From contig DATBIW010000090.1 in the NCBI GenBank assembly GCA_036556745.1, positions 1,594 through 65,593 of the forward strand: DNA of 64,000 nucleotides, written 5' to 3'. The notes beneath the pieces were generated by a model, which saw only the letters and a list, made by a program, of their open reading frames with translations, ran no database searches and had not been told where the DNA came from. The position numbers and the translations under genes are program-made. The DNA is from Candidatus Limnocylindria bacterium (GTDB lineage Bacteria > Chloroflexota > Limnocylindria > QHBO01). Shown piece after piece: positions 23,745-31,615 of the stretch; positions within the stretch are counted from its first letter, which is position 1; each line of letters begins with the position of its first letter.

Positions 23745-24948
23745 CCGCTGCGCGCTCCACGAGCGGCGCGCCGGCCCCTCGCAGGGTCAGCCAGACCAGG
23801 GCCACCGCCGACCCGATCAGGACCGCGCCGAGGATCCACACGGTCGCCTCCGCGGTCAGCGCCTCGTCGAACCACGGCGCGATCTCCAGGCCGGCCGTCA
23901 GGATCAGGACTCGGAGGAGCGACAGCGCGAACCCAATCGAGAGACCGAGGTAGGCGACCAGGCTGGGGAGATGGACCGCGGCGAACGGCGCCGCCAGGGC
24001 CAGGGCCGGGAAGAGATAGCGCTCGTGGACCCGGGTCGGCAGGAAGTAGAACGCGAACGCCAGGCACAGGCCCACGGCCAGCAGAGTGGCGAGGTCGCTC
24101 CCACGGCGGAGGGGGAGCAACGCGCCGACCACGCCGGCCACCAGCAGGACCGCTCCGATCGTCACGTATGGGTCGTCGGGCACCCCGAACCCGACGAGCA
24201 GGGCCCAGATGTTGAACGCGCCGAGCGAGGTCGCCGGCTGGAACTCGGCGGCACCCCGCAGGAGCTCGAGCCAGTGCCAGGGGGTCAGCCCCGCGAACAG
24301 GCCGATCGCCAGGCCGGTCACCGCGCCCCCGACCGCCGCCAGGCCGAGGGCCCGCGGGCCGTCACCGCGACGCCAGCGCTGGATGGTGACCACGGCCACC
24401 GGCAGGGCCACGAGCCCGAACTGTGGCTTCGCCAGCCCGGCCAGGATGGCCGCTCCGCCCGCGACGGCGAAGCGGTCGGCGGCCAGCGCCACCAGGGCGC
24501 CCACGAACAGGAGCGTGCCGGCCGCGTCGACCTGGCCCCACCACGGTCCGGCGATGACCGCCGCCGGGTTCAGGAGGTACAGGCCCGCCGCCAGCAGGCC
24601 GCGCGCCGGATCGGTCCGTGACGCGACGACGGCGAACAGCAGCACGCCCAGGAGCAGGTCGAACGGGATCGACAGGCCTTTGATGACCAGCGTCAGGGCG
24701 ACGTCGTCGAGGAGGAGGCCGATCGGCCACAGGAATGGCAGGAGGGCGGGGTAGATCGCCCCGTCGTGCTGGTAGAAGAACCACGGTCCGAACTGCGCCA
24801 GGTTCTCCGCCCAGCGGGCCATGACCGAGACGTCGCCGCTGTGGCCGGTGGCGGGGAGCACGGCCAGGCGGATGATCAGGGCGACCATCAGGAGGAAGCC
24901 CAGCACCACCCACGGGTGCGGACGGGACGCCGGCCAGGCAGGGGCCAT
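23725..24948 (-). CDS. Polytopic membrane protein, GT-C-type glycosyltransferase-like (DUF2029/PMT-like)
   Basis: About 11 hydrophobic segments are present. The N-terminal loop is GDVSVMARWAENLAQFGPWFFY. The ORF-track start (25797) was trimmed to ATG 24948, because the upstream part is antisense to hisS and low-complexity. The 3' end overlaps relA by 20 nt. Confidence 0.5.
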   Translation of the reverse strand: MAPAWPASRPHPWVVLGFLLMVALIIRLAVLPATGHSGDVSVMARWAENLAQFGPWFFYQHDGAIYPALLPFLWPIGLLLDDVALTLVIKGLSIPFDLLLGVLLFAVVASRTDPARGLLAAGLYLLNPAAVIAGPWWGQVDAAGTLLFVGALVALAADRFAVAGGAAILAGLAKPQFGLVALPVAVVTIQRWRRGDGPRALGLAAVGGAVTGLAIGLFAGLTPWHWLELLRGAAEFQPATSLGAFNIWALLVGFGVPDDPYVTIGAVLLVAGVVGALLPLRRGSDLATLLAVGLCLAFAFYFLPTRVHERYLFPALALAAPFAAVHLPSLVAYLGLSIGFALSLLRVLILTAGLEIAPWFDEALTAEATVWILGAVLIGSAVALVWLTLRGAGAPLVERAAVSAAPG

Positions 24949-25008
24949 GGCGCGACACGGTACCCGACGCGCTCGCCGTGGGCGGCCCTTCCCGCGGAGC
25001 GGCGTCGG

Positions 25009-25014
25009 TACACT
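25009..25014 (+). promoter_or_regulatory. Candidate -10 box TACACT, 6 nt upstream of hisS GTG 25021
   Basis: It is a TAnnnT hexamer at leaderless spacing within the 72-nt divergent intergenic region. Confidence 0.35.
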
Positions 25015-25020
25015 TGCCCC

Positions 25021-26313
25021 GTGGCGCCCACCCTCCGAGCCCCGCGCGGCACGCGCGACCGCCTGCCCGAGGACGCCGCCGCGTGGGCCCGGGCCGAGGA
25101 GACGGCCGCCGACCTGTCGTCGCGCTACGGGTTCGAGCGGATCGAGACACCGCTCTTCGAGGCCACCGAGCTGTTCGTCCGCGGCCTCGGCGAGGAGACC
25201 GACGCGGTGGCCAAGGAGATGTTCCGGGTCGGCGGCGCGGCGGGGACCGACGACGAGGAGCCGGCCTGGGCCCTCCGTCCCGAGCCCACCGCCGGGATTG
25301 TCCGGGCGTACCTCGAGCACGGGCTCCACGTCCGGCCCGGTCCGCTCCGCCTGTGGCTGACCGGCTCGATGTTCCGCTACGACCGGCCGCAGGCCGGTCG
25401 CTACCGGCAGTTCACCCAGTGGGACGTCGAGGTGATCGGCGACCCCGGCCCGGCGGTCGACGCCGAGCTCATCGAGCTGGCGACTCGCTACTGCGACACC
25501 GTCGGCCTCGAGGGTGTCACCGTCCGGCTGAACTCCATCGGCGACGCCGAATGCCGCCCGGCATACCGCGCCGCGCTGGTGGACTTCTTCACGACCCACC
25601 GGGGCCGCCTCGGGCCCGATGGCCAGCGGCGGCTGGACACGAACCCGCTCCGCGTGCTCGACGACCGGGACCTGGACCCCGGCCTGGCGGCGGATGCGCC
25701 GCGCTCGGCCGACCACCTGTGCGACGCCTGCGCCGCCCACTTCGCCGCCGTTCGCGCCCTCCTCGACCGCCTGGGCGTGGCCTACCTCCTCGACCACCGG
25801 CTGGTTCGCGGGCTCGACTACTACACGCGGACCACGTTCGAGCTGTTCGCCACCGGCCGGGAGGGGCAGCAGGACGCGCTCGCCGGCGGCGGCCGCTACG
25901 ACGGTCTGGTCGAGACCCTTGGTGGTCCGCCCACACCCGGGATCGGCTTCGGGCTCGGGCTGGATCGGATCGTGCTCGCCATGGCCGAACGCGGCGTGCC
26001 TGGCCGTCCGGCGCCGGCCCTGATCGCTGTCGTGGGCACACGACCCGACGACGTCGCCGAGCGGCTGATCGTGGCCGGGGCGCTCCGCGAGGCCGGGATC
26101 CGGGTCCGCCCCGACGGCAGCGGCCGCAAGCTCGGGCGCCAGCTCGAGTCCGCCGCCAAGGTCGGCGCCCGCTGGGCGGTCATCGTCGGCGAGGAGCTGA
26201 CCCGGGGGGCGGTCGTGCTTCGTGACCTGGCCGACGGGACGCAGCGCGAAGTGCGGCTCGACGAGGTCGCGCCGACCACCCGTTCGGACGAGGGAACCGA
26301 GACCGCCGACTGA
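25021..26313 (+). CDS. hisS: Histidine--tRNA ligase
   Basis: PRGTRD...RYGFERIETPLFE...EMF...LRPEPTAGIVRAY...MFRYDRPQAGRYRQFTQ...GGGRYDGL are present, followed by an anticodon-binding domain. The start was trimmed to GTG 25021. Confidence 0.9.
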   Translation: MAPTLRAPRGTRDRLPEDAAAWARAEETAADLSSRYGFERIETPLFEATELFVRGLGEETDAVAKEMFRVGGAAGTDDEEPAWALRPEPTAGIVRAYLEHGLHVRPGPLRLWLTGSMFRYDRPQAGRYRQFTQWDVEVIGDPGPAVDAELIELATRYCDTVGLEGVTVRLNSIGDAECRPAYRAALVDFFTTHRGRLGPDGQRRLDTNPLRVLDDRDLDPGLAADAPRSADHLCDACAAHFAAVRALLDRLGVAYLLDHRLVRGLDYYTRTTFELFATGREGQQDALAGGGRYDGLVETLGGPPTPGIGFGLGLDRIVLAMAERGVPGRPAPALIAVVGTRPDDVAERLIVAGALREAGIRVRPDGSGRKLGRQLESAAKVGARWAVIVGEELTRGAVVLRDLADGTQREVRLDEVAPTTRSDEGTETAD

Positions 26314-26336
26314 GGCTGCCGGGCGTCACGCTCCGC

Positions 26337-26342
26337 TACGAT
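26337..26342 (+). promoter_or_regulatory. Candidate -10 box TACGAT, 9 nt upstream of aspS ATG 26352
   Basis: It is a TAnnnT hexamer in the 38-nt hisS-aspS gap. Confidence 0.3.
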
Positions 26343-26351
26343 GCGCTCCCG

Positions 26352-28166
26352 ATGCCAGCCCGCCAGTCGCTCCGTACCCACACCTGCGGTGAGCTCCGCC
26401 CCGGGCAGGTCGGGGAGCGGGTCACGCTCGCCGGGTGGGTCCATCGGCGTCGCGACCACGGCCACCTGACCTTCTTCGACCTCCGCGACCGCGAGGGCAT
26501 CACCCAGGTCGTCACCAACGCCGACGAGCAGCCCGAGGCCCACCAGGCCGGCGCCGAGGCGCGCAACGAGTGGGTCATCCAGGTCGAGGGGGTCGTTCGT
26601 CAGCGGCCCGAGGGCACGACCAACGCCGAGCTGGGGACCGGCGAGGTCGAGGTCGGGGTGGATCGGCTCACCGTCCTGAACCCGGCCAAGGTGCCGCCGT
26701 TCTACATCAACGAGGAGCAGCCCGGCCTCGACGAGAGCCTACGGCTCACCTATCGGTATCTCGACCTCCGCCGGCCGCCGCTCCAGGGCCGGCTGATCAC
26801 GCGGAGCCGGTTGGCGGGCTCGGTGCGGCGCCATCTCGAGGACGTGGGCTTCGTCGACATCGAGACGCCGACCCTGATCCGCTCGACGCCAGAGGGGGCC
26901 CGCGACTTCGTCGTGCCCAGCCGCCTCCAGCCGGGGAAGATCTACGCCCTCCCGCAGTCCCCCCAGATCCTCAAGCAGCTGCTCATGGTCGCCGGCTTCG
27001 ACCGCTACTACCAGCTGGCCCGCGCCTACCGCGACGAGGACTTCCGGGCCGACCGCGGACCGGAGCACACTCAGGTCGACATCGAGATGAGCTTCGTCCG
27101 CGACGACGACGTCATGACCACCGTCGAGGAGATGGTGACCGCCGTCAGCCGGGAGGTCGTCCCGGACCGGCCGATCGCAGCGTCACCTTTCCCGCGGCTG
27201 ACCTACGAGGAGGCGATCGCCCGCTACGGCTCGGACAAGCCCGACGTCCGGTTCGGGATGGAGCTCGTCGACCTCGGCGAGGCGCTGGCCGGCACCGACC
27301 TCCGCGTCTTCACCGATGCGCTCGCCGCCGGAGGCGCGGTCCGGGCCATTGTCGCGCCAGGCTGCGCCGACTACTCCCGGCGCCAGACCGATGAGCTGAC
27401 CGACCTGGCCGTCCGCCATGGCGCGGGCGGCCTCGTCCACCTCGCCGCCGAGCCGGATGGGGCCCTCCACGGCCCGGTCGCCCGCCACCTGCCGCCGGCC
27501 ACCCAGGAGGCGGTCCGTGAGGCCACCGGGGCGACGCCCGGGGACCTGATTCTCGCGGTCGCCGATGCCGATGCCCACCGCGCCTCCGAAGCGCTCGGCC
27601 GGGTCCGGCTCGAGCTTGGCACCCAGCTCGAGCTCAGGACGCCCGACGTGCTGTCCTACGTCTGGGTCCACCACTTCCCGATGTTCCAGTGGGACGAGGA
27701 GGGCCAGCGCTGGGACGCGACCCACAACCCGTTCAGCGCGCCGGTCTGGGAGGAGGCCGATGCCATGGAAAGCGACCCGGCATCGGTCCATGCCCAGCAG
27801 TACGACCTGGCCCTGAACGGCTGGGAGCTGGGCGGCGGCTCGATCCGGATCCACCGCCGGGACCTGCTCGAGCGGGCGTTCGCCCTGATGGGCCACACGG
27901 TGGAGGGGATGCGGGACCAGTTCGGTGCGCTGCTCGACGCCCTCGAGTACGGGGCCCCGCCCCACGGCGGGATCGCGATCGGCCTGGACCGGTGGACGGC
28001 CCTGCTGACCGACCAGGACAACATCCGCGAGGTCATGGCCTTCCCGAAGACCCAGTCGGGGAGCGACCTCATGCTCGGCGCCCCGTCGCCGATCGCCGCC
28101 AGCCAGCTCGACGAGCTGGGCCTGCGGCTCGCCGAGGGTGAGGGTCAGTCCTCCGAGGGTTCGTAG
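26352..28166 (+). CDS. aspS: Aspartate--tRNA ligase
   Basis: An OB-fold N-terminus is followed by FYALPQSPQILKQLLM, RAYRDEDFRADRGPEHTQVD, GGGSIRIH and GGIAIGLDR. Confidence 0.95.
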   Translation: MPARQSLRTHTCGELRPGQVGERVTLAGWVHRRRDHGHLTFFDLRDREGITQVVTNADEQPEAHQAGAEARNEWVIQVEGVVRQRPEGTTNAELGTGEVEVGVDRLTVLNPAKVPPFYINEEQPGLDESLRLTYRYLDLRRPPLQGRLITRSRLAGSVRRHLEDVGFVDIETPTLIRSTPEGARDFVVPSRLQPGKIYALPQSPQILKQLLMVAGFDRYYQLARAYRDEDFRADRGPEHTQVDIEMSFVRDDDVMTTVEEMVTAVSREVVPDRPIAASPFPRLTYEEAIARYGSDKPDVRFGMELVDLGEALAGTDLRVFTDALAAGGAVRAIVAPGCADYSRRQTDELTDLAVRHGAGGLVHLAAEPDGALHGPVARHLPPATQEAVREATGATPGDLILAVADADAHRASEALGRVRLELGTQLELRTPDVLSYVWVHHFPMFQWDEEGQRWDATHNPFSAPVWEEADAMESDPASVHAQQYDLALNGWELGGGSIRIHRRDLLERAFALMGHTVEGMRDQFGALLDALEYGAPPHGGIAIGLDRWTALLTDQDNIREVMAFPKTQSGSDLMLGAPSPIAASQLDELGLRLAEGEGQSSEGS

Positions 28167-28528
28167 CCGCCGGCAACGTGCTTCTCGGTTCCCTTGAGGG
28201 CCGGGTTGAAGATGCAGACCAGACGGGCGCCGCCGGCGCTCCGGGCGACGTGCGGCTCGTGCTCGGGCATGGCGTACACCCCGCCCGGCGCGATCGCGTG
28301 CTCGTTCCCGGTGGCCAGGTCGGTGATCTCCATCCCGCCCGACACGACATAGCACGCCTCGAGGTGGTGCCGGTACTCGAGCTCGAGCTCGAAGCCCGGC
28401 TCGATGAGCACGTCGTTCAGCGAGTATCCCATCCGATCGGCCGCGGTCAGGATGCGACGGCTGCGCCAGCCGGGGCCCGACACGTCGTGCTCGGTGCCGG
28501 TCACGTCATCGGCGGATCGGATGATCAT
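28145..28528 (-). CDS. ectC: Ectoine synthase-type cupin (EctC-like), solitary
   Basis: MIIRSADDV...GWRSRRIL...GYSLNDVLIEPGFELELEYRHHLEACYVVSGGMEI...PGGVYAM.EHEPHV...LVCIFNPALKGTEKHV..GGY aligns along its whole length with my memory of Halomonas EctC. A GAGGAG Shine-Dalgarno sequence lies about 6 nt upstream. The ORF-track start (30748) was trimmed to ATG 28528. Confidence 0.8.
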   Translation of the reverse strand: MIIRSADDVTGTEHDVSGPGWRSRRILTAADRMGYSLNDVLIEPGFELELEYRHHLEACYVVSGGMEITDLATGNEHAIAPGGVYAMPEHEPHVARSAGGARLVCIFNPALKGTEKHVAGGYEPSED

Positions 28529-28601
28529 CGGTCTCTCCTCGTGCGGTGGCCGGCCCCGGACGGGGCGGCAGGCGGATTGTGGCCGGTCCGGGTGGCTGGG
28601 G

Positions 28602-28607
28602 CATAAT
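28602..28607 (+). promoter_or_regulatory. Candidate -10 box CATAAT, 11 nt upstream of ATG 28619
   Basis: It lies in the 90-nt divergent region between ectC and the cysteine desulfurase gene. Confidence 0.3.
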
Positions 28608-28618
28608 CGCCCACGACC

Positions 28619-29815
28619 ATGGCCATCTACCTCGATCACGCCGCAACGTCTCCGCTGCGGCCCGAGGTCCTCGAGGCCATGCTGCCGTACCTCACTGAGC
28701 ACTTCGGCAATCCCTCGAGCCTCCACGCGGCCGGTCGGCGCGCACGGGAGGGCCTCGACGACGCCCGCGAGACGGTCGCCGGCACGCTCGGCGCGAAGCC
28801 GCGGGAGATCGTCTTCACCAGCGGCGCGACCGAGAACACGACCCTGGCCATCAACGGCCTGGCGTGGGCCGGCAGCGCCCGCGGCCGCCACGTGGTGACC
28901 AGCGCCGTCGAGCACCGGGCGGTGCTCGGCACCTGCGCCGGGCTCGAGCGGCACGGCTTCGAGGTGACCTACCTCCCGGTGGACCGATACGGCCAGGTGG
29001 CCCCGGAGGCGGTCGCGGAAGCGATCGGGCCGCACACCACCACGGTCGTCATCGGCTACGCCAACAACGAGGTCGGCACCATCCAGCCGGTGGCCGAGAT
29101 CGCGGCCCTCTGTCGAGAGCAGGGGGTCCGGACCTACGTCGACGCGACGCAGGCGGCCGCCGCCCTGCCGCTGGCCGTGAATGACCTCCAGGTGGACGTC
29201 CTCGGCGTCTCGGCCCACAAGGTCGAGGGCCCCAAGGGGGTGGGCGCCCTGTTCATTCGGCAGGGGACGAACCTCATCCCCCAGCAGGCCGGTGGGTCGC
29301 AGGAGCGGCAGCGACGGGCGGGGACCGAGAACGTGGCCGGCGCAGTGGGCCTCGCAGAGGCGCTCCGCCTGGCGCGCGCCGACGCCACCGCCATGGCCGA
29401 CGAGGCCGATCGGCAGCGCGGCCTTCGGGACGGCCTGATCGACCGGCTGGAGGCAATCCCCGACGGCGAGCTGACCGGCCACCCGACCGCGCGCCTCCCG
29501 AACAGCGTGAGCTGGGTCTTCGGTGGCCTCGAGGGCGGCGACCTGGTGGCCGCCCTCGACCTCGAGGGCGTGGCCGCCTCCACGGGCAGCGCCTGCACCT
29601 CGGGAAGCGCCGAGCCGAGCCATGTCCTGCTGGCTCTCGGGATCGGGCCCGAGCGGGTCCGCGGTTCGCTCCGCCTGACGTTGGGCCGGACGACGACCGC
29701 CGAGGAGGTCGCGACGGCCGCCGACCTGGTCGACGCGTGCGTGGCGCGCGTCCGGGCTGCCGCCGGCGTGCCCGAGGCCGAGCCCGCGCCCGCAACCGCT
29801 CCCGCCGGGGCGTAG
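28619..29815 (+). CDS. iscS: Cysteine desulfurase (class V aminotransferase, IscS/NifS-like)
   Basis: FGNPSS.H..G, the PLP-lysine motif SAHKVEGPKGVGALF and the active-site loop GSACTSG are present. It is followed directly by mnmA. Confidence 0.9.
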   Translation: MAIYLDHAATSPLRPEVLEAMLPYLTEHFGNPSSLHAAGRRAREGLDDARETVAGTLGAKPREIVFTSGATENTTLAINGLAWAGSARGRHVVTSAVEHRAVLGTCAGLERHGFEVTYLPVDRYGQVAPEAVAEAIGPHTTTVVIGYANNEVGTIQPVAEIAALCREQGVRTYVDATQAAAALPLAVNDLQVDVLGVSAHKVEGPKGVGALFIRQGTNLIPQQAGGSQERQRRAGTENVAGAVGLAEALRLARADATAMADEADRQRGLRDGLIDRLEAIPDGELTGHPTARLPNSVSWVFGGLEGGDLVAALDLEGVAASTGSACTSGSAEPSHVLLALGIGPERVRGSLRLTLGRTTTAEEVATAADLVDACVARVRAAAGVPEAEPAPATAPAGA

Positions 29816-29818
29816 CGC

Positions 29819-30904
29819 GTGGCCCGGATCGTGGCCGCCATGAGCGGCGGGGTGGACTCCAGCGTGGCGGCTGCCCTCCTGGCCCGCGACGCCGTCGAGG
29901 CCGGGCACGACGTCGTCGGCGTGTGGATGCGCACCCACCCCGACCGCGGGGAGGGCTGGGAGCCGCGGAAGAGCTGCTGCTCGAGCGAGGCGGGGGATGA
30001 CGCCCGGCGCGCCGCGGCCCGGATCGGGATCCCGTTCTACGTCCTGAACGTCGAACGCGAGTTCGGGGAGCAGGTCATCGACGCGTTCGCGGACGCCTAC
30101 CTCGAGGGCACGACCCCGAACCCGTGCCAGGCCTGCAACCAGCACATCAAGTTCGACCTGCTCGCCCGACGGGCGGTCGGCGCCTACGGGGCGGAGGCGG
30201 TGGCCACCGGCCACTACGCGCGGACCGAGCACCGGGATGGCGCCTGGCGGCTGCTCCGCGCTGCCGACGACGCCAAGGACCAGACCTACTTCCTGTGGAA
30301 CCTCAACCAGCGGCAGCTGGCGGCCACCCGCTTCCCGCTCGGGGAGATGACCAAGCCCGAGGTCCGGAGCCTGGCGGCCGAGCTGGAGCTGCCGACCGCC
30401 GCGACCCCCGAGTCGCAGGAGATCTGCTTCGTGCCGGCCGGCGACTACCGCGCGCTCCTCGAGGAACGGCGCGCGTACGCCGGGGAGGCTGGGCCGATCC
30501 TGGACGGGGAGGGGAACCGGGTCGGGACCCACACCGGGTATGCCCACTACACGGTCGGCCAGCGGCGCGGCCTGGGCCTCGCCCTCGGGGAGGCGGCCTA
30601 CGTCCGCGAGATCCGGCCGGACCGCAACGAGATCGTGGTCGGAACCCGCGACGACCTGGCGGCCACCTCGCTCGTCGCGGACGCCCGCCAGTTCGTGGCC
30701 GGCGAGCCACCGGCGGATCGGTTCGAGGCATCGGTCCGGATCCGGCATCGGTCCGCGGACGTCGCCTGCGAGGTGACCCTGGTCGGGGCCGATCGGCTGG
30801 TCGTCGAGACCGCCGAGCCGGTCTGGGGCCCGGCCCCCGGACAGGCCGCGGTCCTGTACCGCGGCGACGAGTGCCTGGGCGGGGGACGGATCGTCCGCGC
30901 CTGA
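29819..30904 (+). CDS. mnmA: tRNA-specific 2-thiouridylase MnmA
   Basis: The PP-loop AAMSGGVDSSVAA is present, with NPCQACNQHIKF and KDQTYFL. Confidence 0.95.
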   Translation: MARIVAAMSGGVDSSVAAALLARDAVEAGHDVVGVWMRTHPDRGEGWEPRKSCCSSEAGDDARRAAARIGIPFYVLNVEREFGEQVIDAFADAYLEGTTPNPCQACNQHIKFDLLARRAVGAYGAEAVATGHYARTEHRDGAWRLLRAADDAKDQTYFLWNLNQRQLAATRFPLGEMTKPEVRSLAAELELPTAATPESQEICFVPAGDYRALLEERRAYAGEAGPILDGEGNRVGTHTGYAHYTVGQRRGLGLALGEAAYVREIRPDRNEIVVGTRDDLAATSLVADARQFVAGEPPADRFEASVRIRHRSADVACEVTLVGADRLVVETAEPVWGPAPGQAAVLYRGDECLGGGRIVRA

Positions 30905-30921
30905 GCGCGGCCCACCGAGCC

Positions 30922-31227
30922 ATGGTCCCCTGGGCCATCTGGACCGTCCTGGTCGGGTTGTTCAACCTGGCCCTGTTCGTGGCGCTCCGGGGTCGCTGGG
31001 GCCGCGAATGGCCGGCGCTCCTCCTCGCCGCCCTGGTCGGCACGGCGCTCGGCAACTTCGGGGCGAGCCTCGTCGGGGTGGACGTCCTCGTGCTCGGGGA
31101 GTACCACGTGGTGGGCGCCACGATCGGGGCGCAGCTCGCCCTGCTGGCCACATCGGCAGCGGTGACGCTCCTCGGAGCGCCTCCGCGCTCGGCCGGTGGC
31201 CGCGACGGGGCGGGGTCGGGCCGGTAG
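30922..31227 (+). CDS. Small hydrophobic protein (3 predicted TM helices), function unknown
   Basis: MVPWAIWTVLVGLFNLALFVAL...PALLLAALVGTALGNF...VGATIGAQLALLATSAAV. The codon pattern is consistent with coding, but I recognise no family. Confidence 0.4.
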   Translation: MVPWAIWTVLVGLFNLALFVALRGRWGREWPALLLAALVGTALGNFGASLVGVDVLVLGEYHVVGATIGAQLALLATSAAVTLLGAPPRSAGGRDGAGSGR

Positions 31228-31230
31228 AAT
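31225..31230 (+). promoter_or_regulatory. Candidate -10 box TAGAAT overlapping the stop codon, about 50 nt upstream of the ytxH-like ATG 31280
   Basis: GAAGGAG at 31260-31266 would be the Shine-Dalgarno sequence of a leadered transcript. Confidence 0.3.
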
Positions 31231-31279
31231 CGAGGGTCCCAGCAGCGATGTCCCCCCGTGAAGGAGCAACGCACACGTC

Positions 31280-31546
31280 ATGAGTGGTGATTCCGGTTTC
31301 GGGAGTTTCGTGGCCGGCCTGGTCATCGGTGGCCTGATCGGCGCGGCAGTCGGGCTCCTCCTCGCCCCCGAGTCGGGCGAGGAGATGCGCGAGCAGGTCG
31401 GCGACTTCGTCGACGAGCGCGTGCGCGACTTCGGCGACGCGGTCAACGAGGGCAAGGCAGCCGCCGAGCAGGCTCGCACGACCATGCTCGCGGCCCTCCA
31501 GCGCGAGGACGCCAGCGGGCTCTCCGCCGAGGAGAGCGCGAACTAG
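31280..31546 (+). CDS. YtxH-domain protein (small membrane-anchored stress-type protein)
   Basis: GFGSFVAGLVIGGLIGAAVGLLLAPESGEEMREQV is followed by an amphipathic helix, which is the typical YtxH layout. Confidence 0.7.
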   Translation: MSGDSGFGSFVAGLVIGGLIGAAVGLLLAPESGEEMREQVGDFVDERVRDFGDAVNEGKAAAEQARTTMLAALQREDASGLSAEESAN

Positions 31547-31615
31547 ACTCCGTTGGTGACCCCCATCGGAGGAGGGCCGGTCGGGGTCGCCCCCCGCCGC
31601 GCCTGAGCGCGCCCC

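Noticed and set aside
24949-25797. 5' extensions of minus-strand ORFs in the track: 23725-25797, 28145-30748 and 55373-56893.
   Set aside because: Only the 3' portions encode coherent proteins (TM protein, EctC, GT4). The extensions are antisense to hisS, iscS/mnmA and der, and are low-complexity. I trimmed them to internal ATG/GTG codons, supported by a Shine-Dalgarno sequence or a -10 box.
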